The position numbers and the translations under genes were made by a program. A model generated the notes under the pieces. It saw only the letters and a program-made list of their open reading frames with translations, did no database searches and had not been told where the DNA came from. 64,000 nucleotides of DNA from a bacterium (lineage in GTDB: Bacteria > Auribacterota > Tritonobacteria > UBA1439): positions 890 to 64,889 of the forward strand of contig JAQUPF010000013.1 of the NCBI GenBank assembly GCA_028716845.1, in the 5' to 3' direction. Position 1 is the stretch's first letter. The number at the start of each line of letters is the position of its first letter. Of the stretch, positions 1 through 8,203 are shown piece after piece.

Positions 1-318
1 GCAGACGCCGCACCCGACGCAGCGGAGCGGGTCCACCTCGACGCCGCTGATGGCCCCGAAGGCGCACACCTCCTCCCACGAGCCCCCCCGCGCCGGCCCC
101 GACGAGAGGATCCTGGCGAGCGGCGGGCCGCCGACCTCCCGCCGCTCCGTCACGCTCCCCCTGAAGAGGACGTGCAGGTTGGGGGCGTCCGCGTCCGCGT
201 CGACGAGGACCAGCCGCCGGCCGGCGCGCGCGGCGAGGGACGCGAGGGATGCCGCGACGGTCGTCTTTCCCGTCCCCCCCTTGCCGCTCACGATCGCGAT
301 CTGTCGTGGCGCGTTCAT
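1..318 (-). CDS. MinD-superfamily P-loop ATPase with inserted 4Fe-4S ferredoxin domain (COG1149-like); partial, C-terminus runs off window
   Basis: Minus-strand ATG at 316-318 followed by MNAPRQIAIVSGKGGTGKTT (Walker A) and VLVDADADAPNLH. Paralogous to the three downstream ATPases. 4-nt ATGA overlap with the next gene. Confidence 0.75.
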   Translation of the reverse strand, partial: MNAPRQIAIVSGKGGTGKTTVAASLASLAARAGRRLVLVDADADAPNLHVLFRGSVTERREVGGPPLARILSSGPARGGSWEEVCAFGAISGVEVDPLRCVGCGVC

Positions 319-1151
319 CGCGCGTCCGCTCCGATCCGCTCCCGCAGCGCCGAGAAGGCGTCGGCCCATCGCGGCGAGACGTCCACGCACGGCCTGCCGC
401 CGGCCGAGGCCTCCGCGATCTCCCGCGAGAACGGCAGCTCCAGCAGCACCGGGACTCCCCGCTCGGCGCAGAGCGTCCGTATGCCCTCCGCCGGCCCCCG
501 CGCCCTGTTGATGACGACGCCGAGGCGCGCGCCGGTCAGGCGCAGGCCGTCGAGGCCGGCCCGCAGGTCCTCCAGGCCGAAGGGGCTGTCCTCCGTCACG
601 AGGAGGCAGCGGTCGCTCTCCCGCACCGCCTCGAAGACGGGGCGGGTGATCCCCGGCGGGCAGTCGATGACGGCGTGCCGGTCCCCCTTCGCCTTCCCCT
701 TCACCGCCCTGATCACGCGGACGGCCCGCCCGCTCCCGACGACGAGTTCGCCGGTGACCACCTCGATCCCCCCCCTCCCGTCGCCGGTCCAGACCGCCCC
801 CACCACGTGCTCCTCCGCGGCGAGGGAGTGCGGCGGCGCCACCATGAAGCACCCGCCGCATCCCGTGCAGAGCTCCTTGAAGACGAGCAGGGATCCGTTC
901 GCGACGGCGAGGGCGTGGTACGGGCAGAACCGGGCGGCCGGCAGCAGGTCGGCGCGCAGCCAGTCCTTCGCCTTCGGGACGGTGATCGCCACCCGCTCCC
1001 GCTTGCGCCGGGTCGCCCGGAGATAGATGTGACCGTTCGGCTCCTCGACGTCGCAGTCGAGGAACCGGCAGTTCCCCATCGTGATGGCGAGGCTCGTGGC
1101 GACGAGCGTCTTGCCGGCGCCGCCCTTCACGCCCGCGACCGCAATGATCAT
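315..1151 (-). CDS. MinD-superfamily P-loop ATPase with inserted 4Fe-4S ferredoxin domain
   Basis: ORF 278 aa. MIIAVAGVKGGAGKT Walker A, LDCDVEEPN motif, CTGCGGC ferredoxin-type Cys cluster, deviant Walker B CPPG. Confidence 0.85.
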   Translation of the reverse strand: MIIAVAGVKGGAGKTLVATSLAITMGNCRFLDCDVEEPNGHIYLRATRRKRERVAITVPKAKDWLRADLLPAARFCPYHALAVANGSLLVFKELCTGCGGCFMVAPPHSLAAEEHVVGAVWTGDGRGGIEVVTGELVVGSGRAVRVIRAVKGKAKGDRHAVIDCPPGITRPVFEAVRESDRCLLVTEDSPFGLEDLRAGLDGLRLTGARLGVVINRARGPAEGIRTLCAERGVPVLLELPFSREIAEASAGGRPCVDVSPRWADAFSALRERIGADAR

Positions 1152-1155
1152 GCCG

Positions 1156-1527
1156 TTAGGGATTCTGGAGGCCGAAATGCTCCCGCACCGACGGCCCGCT
1201 CAGGAGCGTGAGCTTCCCCTCCCGGAGTTTCTCAAGGGCGCCGCGGACCGTCCCCGCCGCATTGCCGTACACCTTCACGCCGGAGGCCTGGAGCACCCTG
1301 CTCGCGTTCGGACCCATGAAGCCGGTGACGACCGCCTCCACGCCCCTGTCCACGACGGACTGGGCGGCCTGGATGCCCGCCCCGCCGCCTGCCTCGCGGC
1401 CGGGGTTCGCCTGCGCCTCGCACGAGAGCGAGTCCGTGTCGATGAAGAGAAAGTACTGGCAGCGTCCGAACCTCGGGTCGACCATCGCGTCGAGGTCCTG
1501 GCCCTGCGCCGTGACGACGATCTTCAT
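1156..1527 (-). CDS. Dinitrogenase FeMo-cofactor-binding domain protein (NifX/NafY/NifB-C-terminal-like, PF02579-type)
   Basis: 123 aa. MKIVVTAQGQDLDAMVDPRFGRCQYFLFID is the typical N-terminus of FeMo-co carrier domain proteins. Confidence 0.8.
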   Translation of the reverse strand: MKIVVTAQGQDLDAMVDPRFGRCQYFLFIDTDSLSCEAQANPGREAGGGAGIQAAQSVVDRGVEAVVTGFMGPNASRVLQASGVKVYGNAAGTVRGALEKLREGKLTLLSGPSVREHFGLQNP

Positions 1528-1614
1528 GCAATCGCCTCCTCCGTGTGCCGTCGCCGCGCCCTTCCCGCGATCACCGGCCCGCGCGGCGGACGGGCCGGCT
1601 GCTCCCGAACCGCC

Positions 1615-1842
1615 TCAGCCCCTGCGCATCGGCGACCCGCACGAGGGGCACTTCAGGGAATAGCAGGGGACGCCCGCGGTGTGGGGCGCCGTCGCGCCGC
1701 ACGCGGGGCAGACACACTTCCCGCCGGGGCCCGCGCCCGGGATGTTCCCGCCCATGCGCCCCCGTCCGCCGCCCCCGCCGCCTCCTCCCCGGCCCGTGCC
1801 GGGGCCCTGTCCCCTCGGACCCGTTCCATCTCCTCGCGGCAT
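1615..1842 (-). CDS. DUF5320-like small protein (MPRGDGTGP N-terminus, Gly-rich linker, CxCxxC...CxxC C-terminus)
   Basis: ATG at 1840-1842 preceded by a GGAGGTG RBS. 75 aa in frame with the long spurious ORF 1615..3585. Sequence MPRGDGTGPRGQGPGTGRGGGGGGGG...KCVCPACG...CYSLKCPSCG. Confidence 0.7.
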   Translation of the reverse strand: MPRGDGTGPRGQGPGTGRGGGGGGGGRGRMGGNIPGAGPGGKCVCPACGATAPHTAGVPCYSLKCPSCGSPMRRG

Positions 1843-1901
1843 CTCGCTCACCTCCTTCTTCAGATCGGCTGAAAATCCCGACTCCCGCCCCTTCCATGGA
1901 A

Positions 1902-1917
1902 GGCAGATACCATGCCA
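1902..1917 (-). promoter_or_regulatory. Candidate sigma-54 (-24/-12) promoter TGGCATGGTATCTGCC, about 50 nt upstream of the DUF5320 start
   Basis: The minus-strand sequence matches TGGCACG-N4-TTGCW with GG and GC at correct spacing. A sigma-54 enhancer-binding protein is encoded immediately upstream. Confidence 0.45.
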
Positions 1918-2063
1918 TCGCCGGCCCCTCGGCGGTGAATTTATTATTCCATGCCGCGGAGCGGAATGCGATTCATTTCCGGCGGCATCCACTTTCCCCG
2001 GCTTCAGCCGGAGGAGCGTATCCGCACCATCCCTCAGCCGGCCGGTGGTGCGGGAATGCACCG

Positions 2064-3434
2064 CTATCCTCCCTTCCGCCTCCCGTCCCTCCCGGGCAGC
2101 GCGATCCCGAGCGCGTGGATCTTCCGGTAGAGGGTCGTCTTGTGCATGCCGAGCTCCCGGGCCGTGGCGAGCCGGTTCCACCCGTTCCGCTCGAGCGCGT
2201 CCAGTATGAACGAGGCCTCCAGGTCCCTGAGCGAGCGGGCGGGCGCCCGCGCCGGGCGGGCGCCGCGCCGCGCGGCGGCGAGCCCCTCCGGGAGGTGGGC
2301 CGGCGTGATGACCTCCCCGCCGCACAGGACGAACGCCCGCTCGATGATGTTCTCCAGTTCCCGCACGTTCCCGGGGAACGGGTGCGCCAGGAGGAGGGCG
2401 AGCGTCTCGGGCGCGATGCGCGACACGTTCCGCCCCTGCAGCCGGTTGAACCTTTCGATGAAATGCTCCGCGAGGAGCGGGATGTCCTCCGGCCGGTCGC
2501 GGAGCGGCGGGATGACGATGCTGATCACGTTGACCCGGTAGTAGAGGTCCTCGCGGAACCGGCCCTCCCTGACGAGGTCCGCGAGGCGCCGGTTCGTCGC
2601 CGCGATGACGCGGACGTCGGCGCGCGCCGGCCGGACGGAGCCGAGCGGCTCGTACACCTTCTCCTGGAGGACCCGGAGGAGGCGGGACTGGAGGGCGGGG
2701 GAGACGTCGCCGATCTCGTCCAGGAAGATCGTTCCCCCCTCGGCCGCCGCGAAGCGGCCCGGCTTGTCCCGCCGCGCGTCGGTGAACGCCCCCGCCTTGT
2801 AGCCGAAGAGCTCGGACTCGAGGAGGGTGTCGGGGAGGGCGCCGCAGTTCACCGCCACGAGCGGCTTCCCCTTCCGGGGGCTCAGGTGGTGGATGGCCCT
2901 CGCGAACAGCTCCTTCCCCGTCCCGCTCTCCCCCTCGAGGAGGACGGTGGCGCCGCTCCGCGCGATGTCGGGGAGGATCCCCATGATCCGCTGCATCTCC
3001 CTGTTCCCGCTCACGATGTCGAACAGCGTCCGGCGCTTCAGGATCTCCTTCCGGAGCTCCTCGACGACGCTCACGTCGCGGAACGTCTCCACCCCGCCGG
3101 CGATCCGGCCGCGCGCGTCCCTGAGGACCGCCGTCGATATGCTCACGGGGACGCGCCGGCCGCCCGCGTCGATGATGTAGATCGGCCGGGAGACGACCTT
3201 CCGCCCGGTCTCCATCGTGTGCCGGAGGGCGCAGCCGCCCTCGCAGATGCTCGCGCGGAAGACCTCGCTGCAGCGCCGCCCGACCGCCTCGCCGCGCGGC
3301 ACGCCGGTGATCTCCTCCGCCGCCCGGTTGAAGAAGGTGATCCGCCAGTTCCTGTCCACGGTGAAGACGCCGTCGGCGATGCTGTCCAGGATCACCTCGT
3401 TCGGACCGGCCTTCCGTCCGCTCATGGCGCCCAC
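2064..3434 (-). CDS. Sigma-54-dependent transcriptional activator (PAS sensor, AAA+ sigma-54 interaction domain, Fis-type HTH)
   Basis: 456 aa. GESGTGKELFARAIH Walker A, GAFTDA (GAFTGA motif), ESELFGY, C-terminal HTH LGMHKTTLYRKI, N-terminal PAS-like region. Confidence 0.9.
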   Translation of the reverse strand: MGAMSGRKAGPNEVILDSIADGVFTVDRNWRITFFNRAAEEITGVPRGEAVGRRCSEVFRASICEGGCALRHTMETGRKVVSRPIYIIDAGGRRVPVSISTAVLRDARGRIAGGVETFRDVSVVEELRKEILKRRTLFDIVSGNREMQRIMGILPDIARSGATVLLEGESGTGKELFARAIHHLSPRKGKPLVAVNCGALPDTLLESELFGYKAGAFTDARRDKPGRFAAAEGGTIFLDEIGDVSPALQSRLLRVLQEKVYEPLGSVRPARADVRVIAATNRRLADLVREGRFREDLYYRVNVISIVIPPLRDRPEDIPLLAEHFIERFNRLQGRNVSRIAPETLALLLAHPFPGNVRELENIIERAFVLCGGEVITPAHLPEGLAAARRGARPARAPARSLRDLEASFILDALERNGWNRLATARELGMHKTTLYRKIHALGIALPGRDGRRKGG

Positions 3435-4312
3435 CCCGCCTCCGCCCGCAGCCGCTCCCAGGCCCCGCGCACCGCCGCGGCCGCCGCCGATCCGGCGGCC
3501 CGGATGACCGGCTCCCCGCGCGCGAGGGATTCGACGACCGCCCGGTCGTACGGGATCCGGCCGAGGAGGGCGATCGCCCCCTCACGGCAGTACGCCCCGA
3601 TCCGCCCGCTCATCTCCTCGTTGATGTCGAACTTGTTCACGCAGACCGCCGTCCGGATGCCGAAGCGCGCCGCGAGGCCGGCGACGCGCTCGAGGTCGTG
3701 GAGCCCCGACAGCGTCGGCTCCGTCACCGCCACGACGAGGTCGGCGCCGACGATGCTCGAGATGACGGGACAGCCGATCCCCGGCGGGCCATCGATGAGC
3801 ACCGCGCGGAGCCCCCGCTCTTCCGCGAGGCGCACCGCCTCCCGCCGGACCGTGGTGACGAGCTTGCCCGAGTTCTCCTCGGCGATCCCGAGCCGCGCGT
3901 GCGCCATGGGGCCGCACGCCGTCTCCGAGACGTACCATTCCCCGCAGCGCTGCTCCCGCATCTCGATCGCCCCTGCCTCGCACACCCGCGCGCAGAGGCC
4001 GCACCCCTCGCAGGCGAACGCGTCGTAGGCGGGGAGGCCGTTCCGCATCTCGAGTGCCGAGAACCGGCAGCGCTCGGCGCAGCGCCCGCAGCCCGTGCAG
4101 CGCTCCCGGTCGATGACCGGCTTGCGGCCCGACCGGAACTCCTCCGTCCTGAGACGCGTCGGCGCCATGAGGAGGTGGAGGTCGGCGGCGTCCACGTCGC
4201 AGTCGGCGAGGACGCACGGCCTCCCGAGGAGCGCGAAGGAGGCGGTGAGCGTGGTCTTGCCCGTGCCGCCCTTGCCGCTCACGATCGCGATCTGCGTCAC
4301 GCGCGTCTTCAT
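3422..4312 (-). CDS. MinD-superfamily P-loop ATPase with inserted 4Fe-4S ferredoxin domain
   Basis: True start MKTRVTQIAIVSGKGGTGKTT (ATG 4310-4312) inside the longer annotated ORF. CTGCGRC and CEGCGLC ferredoxin motifs. ATGA overlap with the upstream paralog. Confidence 0.85.
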   Translation of the reverse strand: MKTRVTQIAIVSGKGGTGKTTLTASFALLGRPCVLADCDVDAADLHLLMAPTRLRTEEFRSGRKPVIDRERCTGCGRCAERCRFSALEMRNGLPAYDAFACEGCGLCARVCEAGAIEMREQRCGEWYVSETACGPMAHARLGIAEENSGKLVTTVRREAVRLAEERGLRAVLIDGPPGIGCPVISSIVGADLVVAVTEPTLSGLHDLERVAGLAARFGIRTAVCVNKFDINEEMSGRIGAYCREGAIALLGRIPYDRAVVESLARGEPVIRAAGSAAAAAVRGAWERLRAEAGWAP

Positions 4313-5166
4313 CCGGCCCGCCCCCCCCACACGGCCGCCTGCAGGTCCAGGAAGAGGCGCGCGTACGCCTCCCCGGCGCGGAAGGCGGGGATGCCGCGCG
4401 CGTAGTTCGTCGCGATGCGGCGGTCGTGCGGGATCTCGAGGAGGACCGGGATCCCCGCCGCCGCGCAGTAGTCGCGGACCGCGCCGCCGCCGATGTCGGC
4501 CTGGTTGATGACCACCCCCATTGGAACGTCGAGGGCGCGCACCATCTCCACCGCGAGGGCGAGGTCGTTGAGGCCGAACGGCGTCGGCTCGGTGACGAGC
4601 AGGCAGAAGTCGGTCTTCCGCACCGCCTGCACCACCGGGCAGGAGGTCCCCGGCGGGCAGTCGATGATCGTGTCCCCGTCCGGGCGGATCAGTTCCTTCA
4701 CCGCCCGGATGAGCGGCGGCGACATCGCCTCGCCCACCCGGAGCGTCCCGTCGGCGAAAAGGATGCCGTCCGCGGGCCCCCACTCCACGACGCCCGTGAC
4801 GCGCCCCGTCTCGGAGAGGGCGCCCGCCGGGCAGAGGAGCGTGCAGGCCCCGCAGCCGTGGCAGAGCTCCGGAAAGACGAACACCTGCCGCGATTTCCTG
4901 TTCACCATGATCGCGTGGTACGCGCACACCTCGGCGCAGAGGCCGCAGCCGGTGCACTTCGACTCGTCCGCGACGGGGACGGGGACGCGCACCTCCCGGC
5001 GTCCCTCGATCTCGGGCTTCAGGAAGATCCGCGCGTTCGGCTCCTCGACGTCGCAGTCGAGGAAGCGGACGGCGCCCGCGCCGGCGGCGCGGCGGGCGAG
5101 CGCGAGGCTCACCGCCACCGTCGTCTTGCCGGTGCCGCCCTTCCCGCTCGCGACCGAGAGGATCAT
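4309..5166 (-). CDS. MinD-superfamily P-loop ATPase with inserted 4Fe-4S ferredoxin domain
   Basis: True start MILSVASGKGGTGKTT. LDCDVEEPN, CTGCGLC and CHGCGAC motifs. Fourth paralog in the cluster. Confidence 0.85.
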   Translation of the reverse strand: MILSVASGKGGTGKTTVAVSLALARRAAGAGAVRFLDCDVEEPNARIFLKPEIEGRREVRVPVPVADESKCTGCGLCAEVCAYHAIMVNRKSRQVFVFPELCHGCGACTLLCPAGALSETGRVTGVVEWGPADGILFADGTLRVGEAMSPPLIRAVKELIRPDGDTIIDCPPGTSCPVVQAVRKTDFCLLVTEPTPFGLNDLALAVEMVRALDVPMGVVINQADIGGGAVRDYCAAAGIPVLLEIPHDRRIATNYARGIPAFRAGEAYARLFLDLQAAVWGGRAG

Positions 5167-5170
5167 CGTC

Positions 5171-6478
5171 TCACCGCCCCCCGCGCCCCCGGCGCGCGAG
5201 CATCGCGTCGAGGACGATCTCGTTGATGGCATCCATCTCCTCGCTGCTCACCCTGCCGAGGTGCGCGAGCGTCTCCTCGAGCGTCCGCCCCAGCAGGCCG
5301 CCCTCCGGCACGGCGATGCCGCCGCGCGCGGCGAGGATGCCGTGCTCCACCGCGAGGCCCGCGCCGTGGCCGAGCTTGAGCGCGCAGGCGGGCCGCGCCC
5401 CGTCGCAGAGAACGCAGGAGAGCGCGGCGAGCATGGCGTTCGCCGCCGCCGTGATCTCCGCCCGCCCCCCGCCGAGGAGGCATGCGATCCCCGCGGCGGC
5501 GCCGGTGGAGGCGGCGAGGACGCCGCCGCACAGCGCCGACCGCCTCCCGATCGACTCCTTGATGCGCACGTTGAGGAGGTGGCTGAGCGCCGTCGCCCGC
5601 CGGACGGCCCTCCCGTCCGCGATCCCCTCCGCCCGCGCCGCGACGACCACCGGCACGGTGGCGGCGATCCCGCAGTTGCCGCTCCCCCCGCTGCTCATGA
5701 CGGGGAGGGGGACGCCCGCCATCCGCGCCTCGACCGCGGCGGCGGTGAGGGCCGCCGCCTCGAGCGACGCCGTCCGCGGGAGGCAGTCGAGCATCCGCCG
5801 GCCGAGGGAGAGCGGGAGCCGCTCCCGCAGGCCGCGGCGCGCGATCCGCATGTTCATCTCGATGCCGCGCCGGATGAGCGCCTCCTCGCGCGGCCCGAGC
5901 GCCGAGGCCATCTCGAGCATCCCGTCGAGCGTGAGGCGGGAGAAGTCCCGCCCGGCCCCGCCGGCCCCGCCGCCGCCCCGGCGGGCCGCCGGGAGCGGCT
6001 CGCCGTTCACCCTCACGGAGGCGATGTTCGTGTGGAAGCGCCGGATCACCACCTCGGCGGTCCCCCGATCCGTCTCGGCCGTCGCCTTCACGAAGAGGCC
6101 GTCCGGCCTCCTCGTGAGGCGCACCTCCACCCGCCCGTCCCGGACGAGCGCCCGCGCCCGCGCCCGGTCGCGGGCGCCCACCCGGCCGATGACCTCGAGG
6201 CCGCGGCCGGGCCTCCCCGCCGTGTAGCCGAGCGCGGCCGCGATCACGTTGCCCCGGTGCGGGGCGGCCCAGGGGACGCCGACCTCGAGGCCGTTCTTGA
6301 AGGTGTCGCGGTCGACCGCGACGCGGAGCCGCCGCAGCCTCCCGCCGAGCGCCTCGCGGGCGCGGGCGGACGCGAGCGCCACCGCGATCGGCTCCGTGCA
6401 GCCGAGGGCGGGGGCGAGCTCCAGCCGCAGGATGTCGCCGATCCGTCCAGCCGCCGGCGCGCGCCTCATCGACTCCAT
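5171..6478 (-). CDS. L-cysteine desulfidase-like protein (UPF0597/YhaM/CdsB, serine-dehydratase-alpha-like fold)
   Basis: About 435 aa from MESMRRAP. The ALGCTEPIAVALA motif is characteristic of the YhaM family. N-terminal extension of the annotated ORF rejected. Confidence 0.7.
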   Translation of the reverse strand: MESMRRAPAAGRIGDILRLELAPALGCTEPIAVALASARAREALGGRLRRLRVAVDRDTFKNGLEVGVPWAAPHRGNVIAAALGYTAGRPGRGLEVIGRVGARDRARARALVRDGRVEVRLTRRPDGLFVKATAETDRGTAEVVIRRFHTNIASVRVNGEPLPAARRGGGGAGGAGRDFSRLTLDGMLEMASALGPREEALIRRGIEMNMRIARRGLRERLPLSLGRRMLDCLPRTASLEAAALTAAAVEARMAGVPLPVMSSGGSGNCGIAATVPVVVAARAEGIADGRAVRRATALSHLLNVRIKESIGRRSALCGGVLAASTGAAAGIACLLGGGRAEITAAANAMLAALSCVLCDGARPACALKLGHGAGLAVEHGILAARGGIAVPEGGLLGRTLEETLAHLGRVSSEEMDAINEIVLDAMLARRGRGGR

Positions 6479-6780
6479 GGCGGCCCTCCCCGCATCGTGT
6501 AGACGCCGCCCTCGATGTGGATCGCGCAGCCGTCCACGATCGCCCGGGCGACCTTCCGCCGCGCCTCCGAGAGGATGCGGCCGAAGGTCTGCCGGGAGAC
6601 GCCCATGAGCGGCGCCGCCTCCTCCTGCCCCTTCCCCTCGGCGTCCGCGAGGCGGAGCGCCTCCATCTCGTCCATGGTGAGGTGGATCTCCGTCAGGTCG
6701 GTCATCGGTATCCCCCGCGGCTTGAAGAAGTACGCGCCGGGGACGCCGTTCACGAACCGGCATTTCTTGGGTCTGGGCAT
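6466..6780 (-). CDS. DUF134/UPF0251 family putative DNA-binding regulator
   Basis: 104 aa. MPRPKKCRFV N-terminus and LTMDEMEALRLADAEG...QEEAA..MGVSRQTFGRIL sigma-70-region-4-like HTH. Confidence 0.85.
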   Translation of the reverse strand: MPRPKKCRFVNGVPGAYFFKPRGIPMTDLTEIHLTMDEMEALRLADAEGKGQEEAAPLMGVSRQTFGRILSEARRKVARAIVDGCAIHIEGGVYTMRGGPPWSR

Positions 6781-6794
6781 CGCTTCCCTCTATT

Positions 6795-6810
6795 ATGAGC
6801 ATACGCTCAT
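6795..6810. promoter_or_regulatory. Perfect 6-4-6 palindrome ATGAGCATACGCTCAT just upstream of the DUF134 RBS
   Basis: Seen directly. Lies 15-30 nt upstream of the DUF134 start codon, at the edge of a 370-bp AT-richer intergenic region. Confidence 0.4.
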
Positions 6811-6988
6811 TACATCGGGATGTCAAAAGGAAAATGCAATGAAACAATTCACCACGGATTGGCGCCGATCATTACGGATCCGCGCGGATCCGAATTCCAC
6901 CTACGAGGTGGCCTTGGAAGGGGCTGAATATACTGCAACAAAGAGTGCCTAGGCGATCATTATAATGTAGGCAGTGGACAAAAGCAGT

Positions 6989-7029
6989 ATGGGGTCAGAC
7001 CTTCACTATTAACCAAGGCAGGAGCGCCC
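6989..7029. repeat. Copy 1 of a near-identical 41-nt element ATGGGGTCAGAYCTTCACTATTAACYAAGGC... (second copy at 20147-20188)
   Basis: 38/41 identity between the two loci 13 kb apart. Both copies are followed about 60-70 nt later by a GATACGGRNTGCGAACGRCG motif. Confidence 0.7.
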
Positions 7030-7152
7030 AAGCGCCGAATCGCACGAGTGCTCCGACCGCTCATCGCCCAATCGCCGATTAAACCGCGAGATACGGAATG
7101 CGAACGACGAACTGCGTTTACAGGATCCGCGTTCATCCGCGGCTGGACCTCG

Positions 7153-7440
7153 CTACGGCCGCCTCTTCGCGATGGCGGCGACGCCCGCGGCGGCGGCGAA
7201 CGTCAGGAGCGTCCCCAGGGCGCCGGCGGCCGCGGTGGCGAGCCCCTCCCGCCCGACGCCGGGCATGGCGTAATCGGGGACGGGCGCGGCGAGCGCCGGC
7301 TCCCCCTCGCCCCTGTGGAGGAATCCCTTGTCCTCCGCGACCCGCTCGAGGCCGTCCGGGCGCGGCGAGGCGAACGGCGAGAGGAAGACCGCAAGCACCA
7401 TCGAAACGGCGAGACCGGCGAGAACCGTCCGTCTGTCCAT
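7153..7440 (-). CDS. cbiN: PDGLE-domain small membrane protein (CbiN-like ECF transporter accessory component)
   Basis: 95 aa from MDRRTVLAGLAVSMVLAVF. PDGLE motif and two terminal TM segments. Immediately downstream of cbiM. Confidence 0.65.
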   Translation of the reverse strand: MDRRTVLAGLAVSMVLAVFLSPFASPRPDGLERVAEDKGFLHRGEGEPALAAPVPDYAMPGVGREGLATAAAGALGTLLTFAAAAGVAAIAKRRP

Positions 7441-7442
7441 GT

Positions 7443-8081
7443 TCAGCCCCTCCCCCCCTCGTAGATGAGATCCGGCCGCACCGCGAGGACGAAGGAGAGG
7501 ACGAGGCAGGTGATGACGGCCTCCCCGACGCCGATGAGCGCGTGGACGGCGAGCATGGCGGGGAGCACGACCCGGAGAGGGGAGGTGCCCGACAGGGCGA
7601 GCTGCAGCGCGCAGGCCGCGCTCGCGAGGACCACGGAGCACCACGCCGCGACGGCCGCCGCCGTCAGGATCCGCCCCCGCTCGCGGGACGATCCCCGCGC
7701 CGCCGCGTAGATGAAGTAGGCGAGCGCCGCCCCGATGAACGCCATGTTCACCACGTTCGCCCCGAGGGCGGTGAGGCCGCCGTCCTGGAACACGAGGCAC
7801 TGCACGATGAGGACGACGGCGATCACCGCGACCGCGCACGCCGGCCCGAGGAGCACCGCCGCGAGCGCCCCGCCGATCAGGTGGCCCGAGGTGCCGCCGG
7901 CGACGGGGAAGTTCAGCATCTGCGCCGCGAAGATGAAGGCGGCCATCACCCCCATGAGCGGCACCGCCCTGTCCTTGAGGGCGCGGCCCGCCGCGCCGAG
8001 CGCCCACCAGAGGCCCCCTGCACCCGCGATCCAGAGCGGGCCCCAGACCCGCGCCGCGAGAAAACCGTCAGGTATGTGCAT
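7443..8081 (-). CDS. cbiM: CbiM/NikM substrate-capture component of a cobalt/nickel ECF transporter
   Basis: 212 aa. Canonical MHIPDGFL N-terminus. Polytopic. GGAGGAG RBS. Confidence 0.85.
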   Translation of the reverse strand: MHIPDGFLAARVWGPLWIAGAGGLWWALGAAGRALKDRAVPLMGVMAAFIFAAQMLNFPVAGGTSGHLIGGALAAVLLGPACAVAVIAVVLIVQCLVFQDGGLTALGANVVNMAFIGAALAYFIYAAARGSSRERGRILTAAAVAAWCSVVLASAACALQLALSGTSPLRVVLPAMLAVHALIGVGEAVITCLVLSFVLAVRPDLIYEGGRG

Positions 8082-8131
8082 CGCTCCTCCCCCCTTGCCT
8101 GAATGACCGCAATGTCCCTCTCTCAAACGAT

Positions 8132-8152
8132 GTACGACGTACGATGTACGCC
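8132..8152. repeat. Heptamer tandem repeat GTACGAN x3 between the outer-membrane protein gene and cbiM
   Basis: GTACGACGTACGATGTACGCC. A related GTACGAT GTACGAA GTACGAT GGACGAA array overlaps the tatD start at 57734-57761. Confidence 0.6.
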
Positions 8153-8203
8153 CCACGAGCTGCCCCGCCGGCGATGGACGATGTAGGCACGACGATGTGC
8201 GAG

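Noticed and set aside
1545-4028. Long (827 aa) plus-strand ORF, plus similar giant ORFs in the track (1615..3585-, 12061..14781-, 12141..14570+, 15825..19184+, 16303..18183-, 25442..27301+, 25485..27473-, 30548..33193-, 33719..36685-, 40150..43128-, 47454..49442-, 51422..53824-, 61220..63847-)
   Set aside because: All are Arg/Pro/Gly/Ala-rich low-complexity translations of the antisense or shifted frames of well-supported genes. Stop-free alternative frames are expected at about 70% GC. None shows any family motif. Real genes were delimited by internal Met codons, RBSs and motifs instead.
8082-8203. Cobalamin riboswitch upstream of cbiM
   Set aside because: The spacer is only about 120 nt and lacks the B12-box (GCCACTG) on the coding strand. 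It contains heptamer tandem repeats instead.
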